From positions 496,001 to 560,000 of the forward strand of contig CM061246.1 in the NCBI GenBank assembly GCA_022605425.2: DNA of 64,000 nt, written 5' to 3'. Numbering within the stretch: position 1 is the first letter of the stretch; every line of letters starts with the position of its first letter. Below the pieces are notes generated by a model. That model saw only the letters and a program-made list of their open reading frames with translations. It did not search any database and was not told where the DNA came from. Made by a program: the position numbers and the translations under genes. This DNA comes from Hamiltosporidium tvaerminnensis FI-OER-3-3 (Eukaryota > Fungi > Microsporidia). Positions 38,093 through 51,700 of the stretch are shown here, piece by piece.

Positions 38093-38177
38093 TTCCATCC
38101 ACTCTATTCTTATACATTTAGTTCAAACACACATAAATTTATACTTACTACTCCATACAACCATCTGTCTTAACATT

Positions 38178-39646
38178 TCATTCATACAAATCTTTATTAA
38201 ATTCAAATAATGACTTAAATAAAAGAATATTTCCATCCAAGTCATAAACACAACTAACCTCAGAAACAGAATGCATTCCCAACAAAGGTGCACCTATATC
38301 CACACCTCTTATACCCAACCCAAATGCCAACATAGGTCCTATAGTAGATCCTCCTACCATATTATTTTTAAGAACAAATTCCTGATACTTAATTTTGTTT
38401 TTTAAAAATAATCTTTTCATTACAGCTGAACTCATTATATCTGTAGCATATCTATTACTGTATTTAATAACTACTCCTTCTCCTAATAATACACTATGGT
38501 TCTTTTCAGATTTATCTGTGTAATTAGGGTGTCTACAGTGTGCTACGTCTGTACTTACTATTATTGAATTTGTATACACTTTTTGTAAATTTATTTTTAA
38601 AATACAAATTATATTTTTTATTGTTTTAATAAAAAAATCAGATCTTGCCCCTGTAACTGTAGTAGAACCTATTTCTTCATTATCAAAGACAGCCACAATA
38701 TTCAAGGAAGTATTAGATGTATTGGATGTGATAGTATTAGATGTATTAGATGTATTGGAAACATCAGATGTGATAGTATTAGATGCATTAGAAACATCAG
38801 AAGTATTAGATGTATCAGATGTATCAGATGTATCAGTTATATCAGAAGTATCAGATATATCAGTTATGGCTTTTATAGCACAAAAAGTGCTAAACAGATT
38901 GTCTTGTCGTGCAGAGAATATAAAATTATTTGAGACACCACCTGTCTGTGGTATACTTAAGTCAAATAAGGATAAGTCATGTGAAAGAATTTCTTCTTTA
39001 AGATTATATTTTTTAGAGATGTAATTTAATATTGAAGAGTTGTTTTGATTTGTACTTTGTCTTATATTATTTTCCACTTTACTGTCTTCTAAAGTACTAT
39101 TCTGTCTCGATAATGAATTATCTTGTTTGGATTTTAGATCGGTTATTGCATTCAGGTGTGTTTCTTTGTCGTATTGAAATCCATTTTTATAAATTCCTGT
39201 ATTGTCGAGGTGTATTGCGAGACTAGGAATATAAAAAAAGGCTCATTTATATTAATAAGGGTTTTTTTCATATCTTGTGTAATTACTAGACCTGCTACAC
39301 CTAAGGGTCTGTCAAACCATGTGTGCCATAAACCACCACCGTATGGTTGTAGGGAAGAAAGAAATATATTTGATTCGGTGTATTGATGGTTGGGTTTTAG
39401 TTTAAGAACAGGACTATCGTTATGTGTAGCTACTATTTTTATGGAAGTTGGTGTTTTGGGGGGAACAATGAATGCTATAAGAAGAGTTAAATGTTGTATT
39501 AAAAAGTATTTACCTGGTTGTAAATCAGTGGGAAGTGATTTTAGTTCTTTAAAGTTGTGGGTGAGAAGTATTTTTTTTATGTTTTGTGTTGCATGGTAAG
39601 GTGTTGGTGAGTCTTTAAGAAAATTTAGGTATTCTTTGGTATTCAT
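38178..39646 (-). CDS. APE4: Aspartyl aminopeptidase (peptidase M18, DNPEP/Ape4) with one frameshift at a T7 run
   Basis: SPTPYHA, THNDSP, YGGGLWHTWFDRPL, then after a -1 shift IPSLAIHLD, ARQDNL, FDNEEIGS, DVAH, GGSTIGP and LGMHS. One extra T at 39233-39239 would join the two ORFs. Confidence 0.92.
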
Positions 39647-40169
39647 GGGTAGTTTGAAAATATTTTTGTTTTATTATAAATTGATTTTTAAATTGCTTTT
39701 TAAATTGTGAAAATAAAAAAAAAATGATGGTTAGAAATAAAAACGTTGACAGTGAAAGTTTTTTAAAAGTAAGAAATTTATTCTACACTGATAGGGTGAA
39801 TAACGGGGAATTGGCCACAAAAAACTATCTTTTCATTGAATATGAAATGAAAAAAAAATGATTTATTTTAAGCTTTGGTTTGAAATAAATTTTGAATATT
39901 TACGCTAATAACAAGAGAAGTTGGAGTATAAAGTTATAGTTAAAAAATAATTGAATATTTTTTAAGATTTTGAGGACAATTTTATTACGGGTTATCTGTA
40001 AGTTTGGGGTCCGAAAGGCTGTTAATTGTGATGAAATTGTAAGTTTTTGGTTGATAGTGTAGAAAAAAGAATCAAATAGTCTCGTATTAGGATTCATGAA
40101 CTTCCGTAGGATACTTCTCAAACCACTTTTCCTCTGCTTTATAAAACCAAAATATAATTATTTAGATAA

Positions 40170-42050
40170 AAATTGAAAAGCTGCTGAAATTGATGGTATT
40201 TAAATTTTCTTTTATCAATAAACTTACTATTTTTCGATTATATCTCTATGTTATTACGAAATTTATACGTATATCAAGAGTACTTCGAATGATTGATCCT
40301 ACCTAAGCTTGCATATTTTGACAGAATTGCAAATAAAATTTCAAATTATATACTAATGAATTTTATAAGAAACTTTTGCGAAAAACTACAAAATTTGTAA
40401 CAAATTTGTTTAAATAGTACTAAAGATGAGAATTGCTGGCTAAAGATCGATTGGATGTATTAAAAAGTGAAAACCCAGAAGCAAGGTTTATCAGACGCTG
40501 CTTATGGCCAATATGATAATTTCATACGGCGAAATTGATTAATTTCCACTAAATCTATCAATAAAAATACCATGCCTATTTTTAAAGAAATATTTAATAG
40601 GTTAAACTTTTCTGCAATATTCCTGGTTTTGATTATCATAAAAAAGCAAGATATTTAACTATATTTCGGTAGGGCTTAATAAATTGAGAGAAAAAAAAAT
40701 GAACGTTAATTCTATAGAAGGATGGTTTTCAATTCTCTTAATTCTTTAGTTCATGAGGTAATAGCCAAAAAAAATCAAGTAAAATATTAAAATACATGAA
40801 CACATAAGTTTAAATATCGTTAAAGACATCTAATTTACTAATAAACTCAAGATCATTGTAGTATATAATTTAATTTTTGCGTCTAGGTCAGGTGGAGTAA
40901 AAGAATATTACAAATGCTGGTCTTAAAATAAATAGAGATAGCTTAGTCCCGAAGGAAGTATCATGAGTGATAACACTACATTTATAGTAAATTTTATTCC
41001 TAAATATCTGAAAAGTCTGTGACATGAAATGATTTGAAGAAGTAAAAGCCAAAATTATATCTATAGTGAAGGAAATGACTTTACTAAATTGAATGAAAAT
41101 ATTATTTATGTAAATAATGAAAATCTCAATTGTATTTATCTATTTTCATGCTGAATTCCTCACCTTTTGCACCAAAATAATTCCCCTAGTATGATGTAGT
41201 GGCATTTATTTTGTAATATAAGCTATTATTTATACCAGAATCTAATTTGCGGCTTATGTACTTAGATTTTATTTCTAATAAGTCTTCGTAGCACTTATTT
41301 GAAATCGAACATATAATTTTGCAGTACTTGGATTGTCTAAAAGAAAAAGTTTTCTACCAGACGAGCAGCCAGGCTAAAGTCCGAAAATGGCAATAAACAT
41401 ATCTTTCTACAATTAAAGGCTTTATCGAATTAATGTATAGTTTAGAAAGAGAAATTTTATTTTAACAAACCTAAATTTGTAAATTTATTCTACAACAATA
41501 TAGAAAATTACATTTAATTTAATATAATTCTTGAAATAATCAGTGGATGGGATAAGAAATTTCATTGAAACGCTTGGGAAATAGCATTAAACCACTCGAT
41601 GAGGCATTCTTCTGTCACAAATGATAAAAAAATGCACTAACTGGCATGAAGGTGTTGTGAATACTGTAGTCAGTTTAGTAAAAGAGCAAGGTATTCAACA
41701 ACATTTTTTGAAAAATACTTGTCCAGGATTTTATTGCCGGCATAATGAGCGGATCTATGCTCAGTTTACACCTCCAACATACATATAGATAAACCTCTAA
41801 AACAAAGTAGGAGTCACTTAGATTAAGAAGCTATCATAAATGAACACTTAGAAACAAAAAGTATTTCGGATAAAAACATTTTAAAATTTCCATATATAGT
41901 CTGAACATATTTACTTTGGATAAAAATCAAATAAGAAAACATCTTTTGAAGGATTGATCATGCCATGGATTTACCAAAAATTGTGGAAACATAAAATCCA
42001 AAGAAATAGTACTTATTACCCGATAAGATAGTTCTTATTTTTTGCGATAG
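40170..42050 (+). mobile_element. Heavily eroded relics of an R4-like element
   Basis: gaaaagctgctgaaattgatggtattt (~40176) matches 15701; cttggattgtct...agacgagcagc (~41328-41370) matches 16922-16968; aggagtcact (~41809) matches 17433. Confidence 0.6.
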
Positions 42051-42758
42051 AAATAATTTCATATGTGAAAACTCGGAGGGAAATTGTTATTAAACAACAT
42101 TAAATATCCCAAGAAGCCCCGATTCTCATTCGGTTTATAGCTTAATTTCTGTTATATTCAACAAAATTGGTCTAAACAATTCTTTTTAATCAAAAAAAGG
42201 ATCGTTTGAAGACAAAATAGCCAATCTAGCCTAAAAATTACATTCAGGTGTGCAATACGCAGAACGGAAATATTAATATATATTATCACTATAAATAAAC
42301 ACTATTGAGTAGAAGGTTTTTAGCAAAAAAAATTAGAACAAAATTGAAGAATTTCGAAGGGATATACACTGATTGAAATCAAAGAATTCACTCAATTTAC
42401 ATAATGAGACAATTATAAGTGACTAATCAAATGAAACAAAAAAACCTATATCGACGAAAGCAAAAATATTGAGAAGCGGAACACAGTATTAAATAAATCT
42501 TGTTCCTTTATATAATTACATTCAATACAGATTGACTAATTTTTTATTTAACTAATATATTTCGAAACCTTAAAAAATTTAATGAGGTACGAAAACATAC
42601 TAAAATATTACTTTTATCATTTTGTTTGAGAATAATAAACTGTTTAAAAGCTCAAATTCCTTTAAACTAACCAAAATGGTTAAAATTATTTCTTTTTTAA
42701 TTCCAAATAAAATTTTTTTAATAGCTTTTAAAGTAAATAAACAATTTAGACCCCTTTT

Positions 42759-44018
42759 ATGGATAAAAATACTAAAGATAATGAAAAAGAAAAAAAATTG
42801 AAACCTAAAAATCAATCAGAAAGCTTAGTTGAAAATAAGAACACAATTATTTTTAATAAAGATAATACCGAAATAATATTAGATAAGGAAAAAGGTTTAC
42901 ACAAAGATGGGCATAAGAAACAATATAATGATATATCAGATACATTTGAAACAACCGAATTAATCCCTAATAACAAAGTAAATACAAATTATAACCAATC
43001 TGCCAATGTGCCAGAAGCATCAGATTTATTGTGTAAAGAAAAATTAATTCTAAATAACAAACCTTTTGACAATTAATCAGACAATTTAGAAGCAAATATT
43101 TTCCAAAATAGATATAAAAATAAATATAAAATATTATTTGATATAGAAAATATTAAAAAAATACTATTTTTGGAAAATGATAAATATTTTTTTTGTAATG
43201 ATTACACTGTATTTTATAAAATAGATCAAAATTTAATGAAATATGAGTTTGTAAATAAAATATTTACAATTTATTTTGATAACAAAAATATATTTGTTAT
43301 AACAGAAACATGTAAAATCATAGTTTTTAATGTAGAAGAAGAGAGAGTACTCTGTATTGAAAGCGGTATTGGAAAAAAATTACATTTATCAAAAAGGTTT
43401 CATAGAAAAATATATTTTGTCTTTGATGATGGCACATTGTATTCGGTTACGTTTGATGATATTAAAATGGTAAAAATTCAATTTGAAAATCGTAAAATTC
43501 AAAACAACACTTTCTATTTAGACTCTAGGAATGGTGAAAATGATAGTTCGGATTCTACTGATAAAAGTGATATATCCTTTGAATACGAATTAGAAAGTGA
43601 CAATTCTATATTAGGAAAAAATATATTTGTTAAAAACGTATTTGTAAATAATAATATTTATATTTCGGATTTGTTTGGAAATGTTTATATTTTAGAAAAT
43701 GAGATTACATTTTTATACTCACATTTTTCAGATGTTCAATGTATGAAAGGTAACGATAAGATTCTATTGACATATTCTGAAAATTTTCTAGTTTCTATTT
43801 ATGATATAGAAAACAATAAAATAATGTATAAAAATAAATTTGATGTCCCAATTTTTATAATCAACTTAGAATATTATGTCAAAGAATATACTATCTGTAA
43901 TTTTTCTGATCAGGAAATACAAAAAGATCTGCCAAAATATAATTTTATAAAGTTTAATAAAAATTATTTTTGTATTGTTACCAAAGAAAATGTATTAGTG
44001 ACAGGTGAAATAGCTTAA
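42759..44018 (+). CDS. Beta-propeller (WD40-like) protein interrupted by one in-frame TAA (43074-43076)
   Basis: ORFs 42759..43076 and 43170..44018 share a frame and the stretch between them is open. CCCC motif before the ATG; degenerate WD-like HFSDVQCM...LLTYSENFLVSIYD. Confidence 0.6.
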
Positions 44019-44610
44019 AATGTGTTCAACCAAAAAAACTTCCGAATCCCATAAAATTAATTTAGATTATATTAAATCAATCTTTGAAAACTTTTATTGT
44101 TTATTTACTTATTACTTTCTAGATTGTTTTGGTATTTTTTTCTATTCCTATTTAAAATATTTGAATTTTTGTCGATCAAATATTATTTTATTTATTCATA
44201 TCTCTTCTCTAAATCTGTATTTATGATACTTTCTTCATAATTTAAAAAAATGGAATTCGAAGAACAACATCTTTATTTGCTTACTCGATCTTTCTCACAT
44301 GCATATATTACGAATAGATATTTTTCGTAAATATTTGTTCTTATGTTAGATCCTCAAAAATTACTTTACAATTAATCCAACAATAGTCATTTCGTTTGAT
44401 AAAATAAAAATTATTAAGGTGTTTCTTAATACTATAAATTAGATCCACGCTCTTATTCTGGTCAATACGATGAGGTTTCTTGGTATTCATTTTTCAAAAT
44501 TGGTTATCAAAGCATTCTGTGTAATTCAAGCAAGAAATTTCGACTTTATTTTTATTATAATACTCGGTTTGTTATTGGTCATCCATCTCCCTAATTTCTT
44601 TGATTTAAGC

Positions 44611-45355
44611 CAAGGGTCTTCAAACTACGGCCCGTGGCTTCATATTTCTGGCCCGCCACAATTTTTTGATGAGTATATTTTTTTCAAATAAGGAAATAAA
44701 ATAAAAAATATAAATAAATCATACAATAAGAATTGCAATTATAGGTAATTTAGTCATGAATTTATAATACAAAAAATATTCATGGAGTTTTCTGTGTTTT
44801 TTTTAAAACTAGCAATTTTTTTAAAATTATTTTATACTAAAAAATCAAAATGAAACAACGAAAAATATACGGCATAATTTATTATTAATGAGAATGACCT
44901 AGTTGAGATTCTTAAGTATAAGTTGTTGAAATTGTGAGTTAAATTTACCAATAGAAATTACCAAAAATGGCTTCAAGGACTTATCTGTTAATTTAGATCT
45001 TTAAATATTTTTTGTATATTTCGGAGTAGAAAATGGTTATTCATGTAGTTAGGTAGTTTCAAGCGAATTAAATCACCAAAGCACTCATATAAACGTGATT
45101 GAATTGTTTGACTGAAAAACTCCTATAAAATTTCAGAAATTTATTTGAACATTTTTCATATAAATAAGATCAATGTACATGTTTATTTTTAGGAATATCG
45201 TTATTCAACTTTAAAAATTTGATTTAAAAATATTAATAATTTACATTTAAGAAATGGTTTAAGTACCTTGGGTGTAATCCAAATGGTTTTTTGGCCTGCA
45301 AGACTTTTTATAGAAATCAATATGACCCGCGAGTCAAAAAGTTTGGTGACCCCTG
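44611..45355. mobile_element. Non-autonomous hAT (Buster/Charlie-type) DNA transposon or MITE
   Basis: TIRs caagggtcttcaaact and caggggtcaccaaact (13/16); subterminal ggcccg motifs; 8-bp TSD atttaagc/atttaaac fitting nnnTAnnn. Confidence 0.88.
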
Positions 45356-45795
45356 ATTTAAACTATCATGAAAGATCTTGAAAATCTATAAATCTTTAAA
45401 TAGGTGTTTTCATATTTAATTTCTCCTATAAAACAAGAAAATCTGATTTGTAAATTAAAGTATTTTATTAATTCTCAGTAAATTGTCCATTCCTTTTCCA
45501 GATACTCTTTCTCAAATATCCAAAAACGTGTGAATTTGATTCGCTATAAAAATCTATATTTATAATAGCTAGTTAAACAAATTTGGGTTAAAAATAATAT
45601 AATTTAATATATAAATCAGTAAAACCACACAAATATTTATACTTTAAGAATAATGCTGATTGTAAAGATATAAAATACATTCAGACAATAGTTTATTAAA
45701 TATTACTGTTTTAAATAAGAAAGAGACTTGATTATTTGCAAATATCAAACAAAACAAGCATTTTATAATATTTTTACTGGAAGAAATTAAAAAAT

Positions 45796-47535
45796 TTATT
45801 TATTTAATTTTGGAAATATTTGCTTGTAAAGAGACATAAAAACAGTACTTTCTCCTTTAAATGATTTAGGAAAATATGCCTTGAACATACCATGAGTTCC
45901 AATTGGTTTTTTAATAATTCCTTTCATATTATTCCGTGTATGTATATCAATATTTCTAAAATATAAAACTTCATTTTTTGAAGAAAACATTCTTTTAACG
46001 GTAACAGACTTTTTATTTACCTTGATAGAATATCCCTTTAACGTAACTTCTTCAACAATATTTCTATCACCAAACCAAAACACGGTGCTCGTTGCTAATA
46101 TATTATTAGAAGAATCCATAATTAGTACCTTTGGAACGTTAAAACAAAGAGGTGCTATAAAAGTCATAACACCACTTTTTGTTTCAGATAATTTCTTATG
46201 AATTTTATCTGAAGAATTATTGGTTAAAATCGGTGTAGCTTCTATAATTTTATATCCGAAATCAAAAAATAATTTATCAAAATCTTTTATGAGATTGTTG
46301 GATTCAAATGAAACATTAAAAATTGACAACGAATCTTCGTATTCGAGAATATTGAAAAAAACAACAGATTTAAAATTAAATTCAATATTTGAAATTTTTC
46401 TTAATTTCATTTTTACAATTTGATGATTTCCGAAACCAGATTCTAAATTTTTTGAATATTTTTCGAAGCCTTTGTAGTTTTTAAGAAAAATTAAATTTTC
46501 ATAATAATCGGGATATTCTTTTGAAATCAAATTACACGTTGATAAATTCTTGATTCCGCGATATCCTGAATATTTTTCAATTAAATCAATTTTATCTTCT
46601 AATATAGAACCACTGGCTTCTGTTTCTGATAATTCATATTTGTTTGAATTCTCTTCTTCCGTGATCGTAGATTCATATGATTCTTCAATATCTAAATCTT
46701 CTTCATTATAATTTTCTTTTATATTTTGTCTTTCAATATTAAGATTGTGTTTTTCTAAATCATCTGTTTCTGCAAGAATATTTATATTATAATTTTGACT
46801 GCAAATATTCTTAATTTCTGAATTTGAAAATCTTTTATCTCCAATAATATATTCTTCAATAATAAATTCTAATTCTCCGTTACATATCAATTTATCACTC
46901 AATATACCTTGATTCATATATCCTTCAACTTCTAGAATTTGATTTATATTATCGTATAAAAACATCTTAGGTACAAAATAAGGCCTGTTTTCGCATATTC
47001 TTGTTCCAAAAGTCTTAATTGTTGGAAGCTGTGCCAAAAAATCATCTTTATAAAGTATTTTGGCTTTTGGAATATATTTTTCAACATTTTTTTGTATGAA
47101 ATATTTGTTTTCTTTATTTAGATATAAAAAGAGAAACGAGGGTAGATTTTTCATCAACATAGTAAATCTATCTAAGTTATCTATTTCTTTCTCAATAACA
47201 AAAACAATAAGATCAGAACATCTGGAAATATAAGTTGCTTCTCGATCAGTAAAATTATTTGAATTAAAAAATAAATAATTTTCATTTTTTCTACAAGAAA
47301 ATGAAATACAATCTCCATTAAATGAATAATTATTGTTTGTAAAACTTTCATCGGTAATGTATTTTTGTTGAAATTTTTTATTTTTTTCAAAATAGCGCTC
47401 TACCATTTCAACAATAATTCCATCCAATTCAATTTTGTTAGATAATGCAACAAATGAAACAACTTTATAAAAACCCGGGTATTCTAAAAATTCTTTTATT
47501 TCCTTGGTTTTCTTTTGTCCAAATTTCGTTGTCAT
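45796..47535 (-). CDS. TSR1: Pre-40S ribosome biogenesis factor Tsr1
   Basis: RPYFV, acidic linker, YSGYRGIK, VKRMF...EVLYF, and C-terminal GIIKKPIGTHGMFKAYF...SLYKQIFP. Confidence 0.88.
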   Translation of the reverse strand: MTTKFGQKKTKEIKEFLEYPGFYKVVSFVALSNKIELDGIIVEMVERYFEKNKKFQQKYITDESFTNNNYSFNGDCISFSCRKNENYLFFNSNNFTDREATYISRCSDLIVFVIEKEIDNLDRFTMLMKNLPSFLFLYLNKENKYFIQKNVEKYIPKAKILYKDDFLAQLPTIKTFGTRICENRPYFVPKMFLYDNINQILEVEGYMNQGILSDKLICNGELEFIIEEYIIGDKRFSNSEIKNICSQNYNINILAETDDLEKHNLNIERQNIKENYNEEDLDIEESYESTITEEENSNKYELSETEASGSILEDKIDLIEKYSGYRGIKNLSTCNLISKEYPDYYENLIFLKNYKGFEKYSKNLESGFGNHQIVKMKLRKISNIEFNFKSVVFFNILEYEDSLSIFNVSFESNNLIKDFDKLFFDFGYKIIEATPILTNNSSDKIHKKLSETKSGVMTFIAPLCFNVPKVLIMDSSNNILATSTVFWFGDRNIVEEVTLKGYSIKVNKKSVTVKRMFSSKNEVLYFRNIDIHTRNNMKGIIKKPIGTHGMFKAYFPKSFKGESTVFMSLYKQIFPKLNK

Positions 47536-48133
47536 AATTATTTTTTTAAAGGGTCAAAATAATAACAAAAATATTTATCAATTTATGGATTTTAACGAAT
47601 AATATGAAAACGTTATTCATTAATAAACTAAAAATATACTTGTAATAGTTAATCCTATAATCGGATTCAAAACATGAAAATCTGCATTTCTATTTGATAA
47701 ATTGTAATTATTTTCCAAAAATGGCCAATATTAAATTTTTTTATGATATTGGCTTGGTAAGTAGCTTAGCCTCAAATGTATATCAGTTAGTTTTTTTTTT
47801 TCTTATATGATATAGGTGTTATCAGTGTGTTTTCGCTCCCATTTTGTAAGTATGACGCTACATTGTCAAAGGTTTTATTTTTCGATTTTTAACTCTATAT
47901 ATAGACGTGTTCGAATATATATTTTAAAAGGTCTCTGAAAATTTAATAAAGTGTCCTCTTTTTTCAGCTCGGTTTATGCATTCAGGTGGGCTTTAAGAGC
48001 ATATCTGCTATCTACATCTATTTATTATTATTTATAGTGTAAAGCTGTTAAAAGAAATATTTGTTTTAATTTTTATGGTGTTGGTTTCAAATTATTTTAA
48101 ATAAACTCAATGAAGGCATAATTACTCAATGAT

Positions 48134-48740
48134 TTAACGCAGTTCTAGGTTTCATAGAAATATATGCACCCTCATATTCTATGGATACTCATATCCTAAA
48201 GATTTTTATCTAAAGTTATGCGAAACACATTTAGGAAGCGAACAGTTTTCTTCTTCTGTTAATTATGTTGCCTAGAATTTGATCTTAAGCCAGAGCCATT
48301 TTTACTCTCCTCTAAAATCAGCAGGCAACTACTTAATCCACACTTTTTGGAAAGATAAAATCAACCAAGATATATACCAACGACTTATATGAAGTTTACA
48401 GATACTGCAATGTCATACCAACATGTATAACTTTCTACTTAAATTTTAAAGAGTTTTAAAGGGTATGTTTTATGTATTGTCAACCTCTAAATTTTCTAAA
48501 TAGTTGGGAAATACTAGGTGTTCCGCTTGCCATAGCGCTTACCTTTCGATCCAAGATGTTTAACATTTGATACATATAAGAATACAACTAACTTTTTTTA
48601 AAAAAATCATCACTTTTAGTCATTCTCCTCCTTATACAAATTGCTATAGCACAACCGAAAATCCAACAATTATCTAATAGACCAATTTCATATAATCATT
48701 ACGAACCAGATAGTTTTTTATGTTTTTATTCTCATTTCAC
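48134..48740 (-). repeat. Copy 3 of family X (most diverged, 3' end lost)
   Basis: ttaacgcagttctaggttt, tgcaatgtcataccaaca and acaaccgaa are colinear with copy 2. Confidence 0.85.
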
Positions 48741-51700
48741 TCAATAATTCAAGTTTAAAGTATTAAATAATAAATAATAAATAATAAATTATATATTTTG
48801 AATTTAGTTTTCGATATAATTTGATTCTTGGATTTTTCTTTTGATATTTAGTTTCTTAATGAGTTTCGATTAAGAAAACTGATGTTTTAATCAAAATATA
48901 TTTTTAAGTCTAAATTAATATTAAAAAAATTAATGCTCATTATATTTGCTTAGGGTTATGTTTTGGCTTGATTTGTGAGTAAAGCTTAAAAAATTTGTTT
49001 AATATTAAGTTATTTTTTTTGTTTTCATTGCTTCATTTTATCTCTTTCAAGTATTATTTGACTCGTCATTAATATTGAATTTTTTTCATATTTTGAGTTT
49101 ATGAATAGATTTTATAATTTTATCCACACTTGACAGCCATTAAGTCTGATTTTTGTTGGCTTAGTATCCTCCTATACGCTCATAATATTAAAGATAAACG
49201 AGCTATATACATATTTCACACCTTTTATGGACCCAAATAATACACTTTCAAAGTTCAATAGATATAAGTTTTGAATCTAAACATGTTTTTCGATAAAAAA
49301 AAGGTATTTAGACTGTTTTTCAAGTACTGCCTAAAGAATATATACAGTCATTTTTATAGGTTTATTGAGCTTCTTATATTAGATTTTAGTGTATTATGTT
49401 ACAATGTAATCCTAGCTTAACAATATTGAATTATCTCTACCCTGCATTTATAAACAAAACCCAATTCAGAGATAAAAATTCGTACCTTCTTGATTTTTCG
49501 TTCATAACATTTCTAGCGAATCTTTTGAAGTAACTTAAACCTCAATAAGCGGTATCTCCCATAATTTACTATATAAAATAAATATATCCGGTAAATTTTT
49601 TATTGTTTGACATGGTTTTGATTCCAGTATACACATATATTTCTATATACAATTTTTTTAATTTCTCATGAACAAGGTATTCGTGATTCCTTTTAAAGAA
49701 TTAAATTTATATTTATTCGAAGGTGGGAATAAAATCATCGAAACACCTATTATAGCATTTGGTGTGGTAATTTTAAGCACTTAATATACCCATAAGCTCA
49801 ACCAATAACGACATTTTGAGTTTTATTAATTTTGAAACATTTCTTCTGCCCCAGAATTGGGTTTCGATTCTGAATATACAAGCAGACCACCTTGTCACAT
49901 AGTTTGATGTTACTTATTTTCTTTCTGAGGAAATTATCAAAACTAACTAGCACATTAATTTTTTATTTATATATCATGGGATTTGATTTTCTATTTTTTT
50001 GAACAAAATTGTTGGTTGACTGAGTCCTTTTAAAATTCCAGGAATGATTTTTTGGAGCTTATATTTAACTTGTATAAATATTTTTATTGGTTAAAGATGT
50101 GTTATAATATCACTAGCTTTTAAGTCCATAGAAACGAATTAAACTTTACATTTGAAAAATTTAAACTCTACGTGTACCATTATGTTTTAAAAATAATTCC
50201 AGCGAAAATTTTGCAATGTTTTCAAAAGAGCTTTTCTAATCTCATCTGATGTGTTTTACATGTTATGTTTAGCCTTTTATAACTGTATATTTGGCCGAAC
50301 TTGTGCAATATTTTTCTAAGACATAAAGATTTTTTTAATTTGCATCTTTTTTCACTTCTGATCTACTTTTCTTTAATCTTCAGAGATCTTCACCTCGATA
50401 TTTTTTGTTTGCACTGTTTAGATTTCTATCTATCTTTTTATGTTCGCCTTCTTTCTCGTTTGCATTTATTCGTATGAAGTATTTTCTTTATCGAAAAAGA
50501 AAGTCTTAGGGGATATCCTGTATTGGTTGATTTATCGGTTATATGATTCACAGTTATTTTTATCGAAAATATTTTGGGTTTTAAGGTATAGAATTACATT
50601 TGGGATTTAGCAATATTGCTTTATGTAATTATTATAGAACATATAAATAAATTACTCAGTGAAAGGCATAAAGCATTAATCCTATCCTGCAATTGTTTAT
50701 GTATTTGTAAAAATGCTTAAAAAGTAGCTAAAAATAGTGATTTAAATATAATGATTTTTTATAATTAAGATTGAATCTGAAAATGTAAAACGATATATTT
50801 ATAAAGCTTTTCGTACAATTTACAATTTCGGAAAGTATGTTTTTCAATAGTTAGTGCGAATATAGTTCTAAGCCAATCAAAGGTTATTAAGCGTTTCATG
50901 TTTTGCTTCTTCATACTATGATTGGCTGCTGTGTAAGTGTTTTAAAAAAATCAAAAAATATCACATTTTTTATTACAAAAATACTATTTATTCCATTCTT
51001 TTCGAACCAAATAGACATTTTGATTAGAGTCGTCATCACAGTCAAGACATTTCTAAATTTATAATAAACAATTTTTTTTTAATGTGCCACACTTCTTTAT
51101 ATATTTTAATTTGTTCGCAGAGAATCTAAAAGTTGGAAATTCATGTATTATCAATGATAATCAAACTTTAAAAACCTATTTTCAGCTCAAGTATAACTAA
51201 ATTCATGTAAAACCTATATTCTAACAGATATATACCTTGTTTTTTTTTGAAAATATTATTGTACAAAAACTCATATACTTGATGAAAGTTCCACTTTTCC
51301 CCCTCTTAATTGGCTATATGATGTATTTGTTTTGTTACCCTCTTCATTTTCTTATTATTTTATAAAATTTGAGTTGAGTCAACGTAACCCGTTAAATAAT
51401 AGAATTTATTGAAATTATATCATCTAAAAATCCAAACATTCAATAAAAATAAGCGCTTTTATAGAATTTTACATATATTAAACGTTTAGCAAAGATAAAT
51501 ACGTTATTGAATGTACTTAGTGAGTCTTTTTTGCGTGGAAACCATAAAAAAGATTTCATATAAATGCATCCTTTGCACCAAATTGTTATTTTAACATAAA
51601 CAGATCATATGACTACAATTTCTTCACATATTTCCCAATTTCTCTCTTTGTAAGTATAATATGTTAGATTTTTTTAGTGAAGCTGTGATTCAGATATGAG

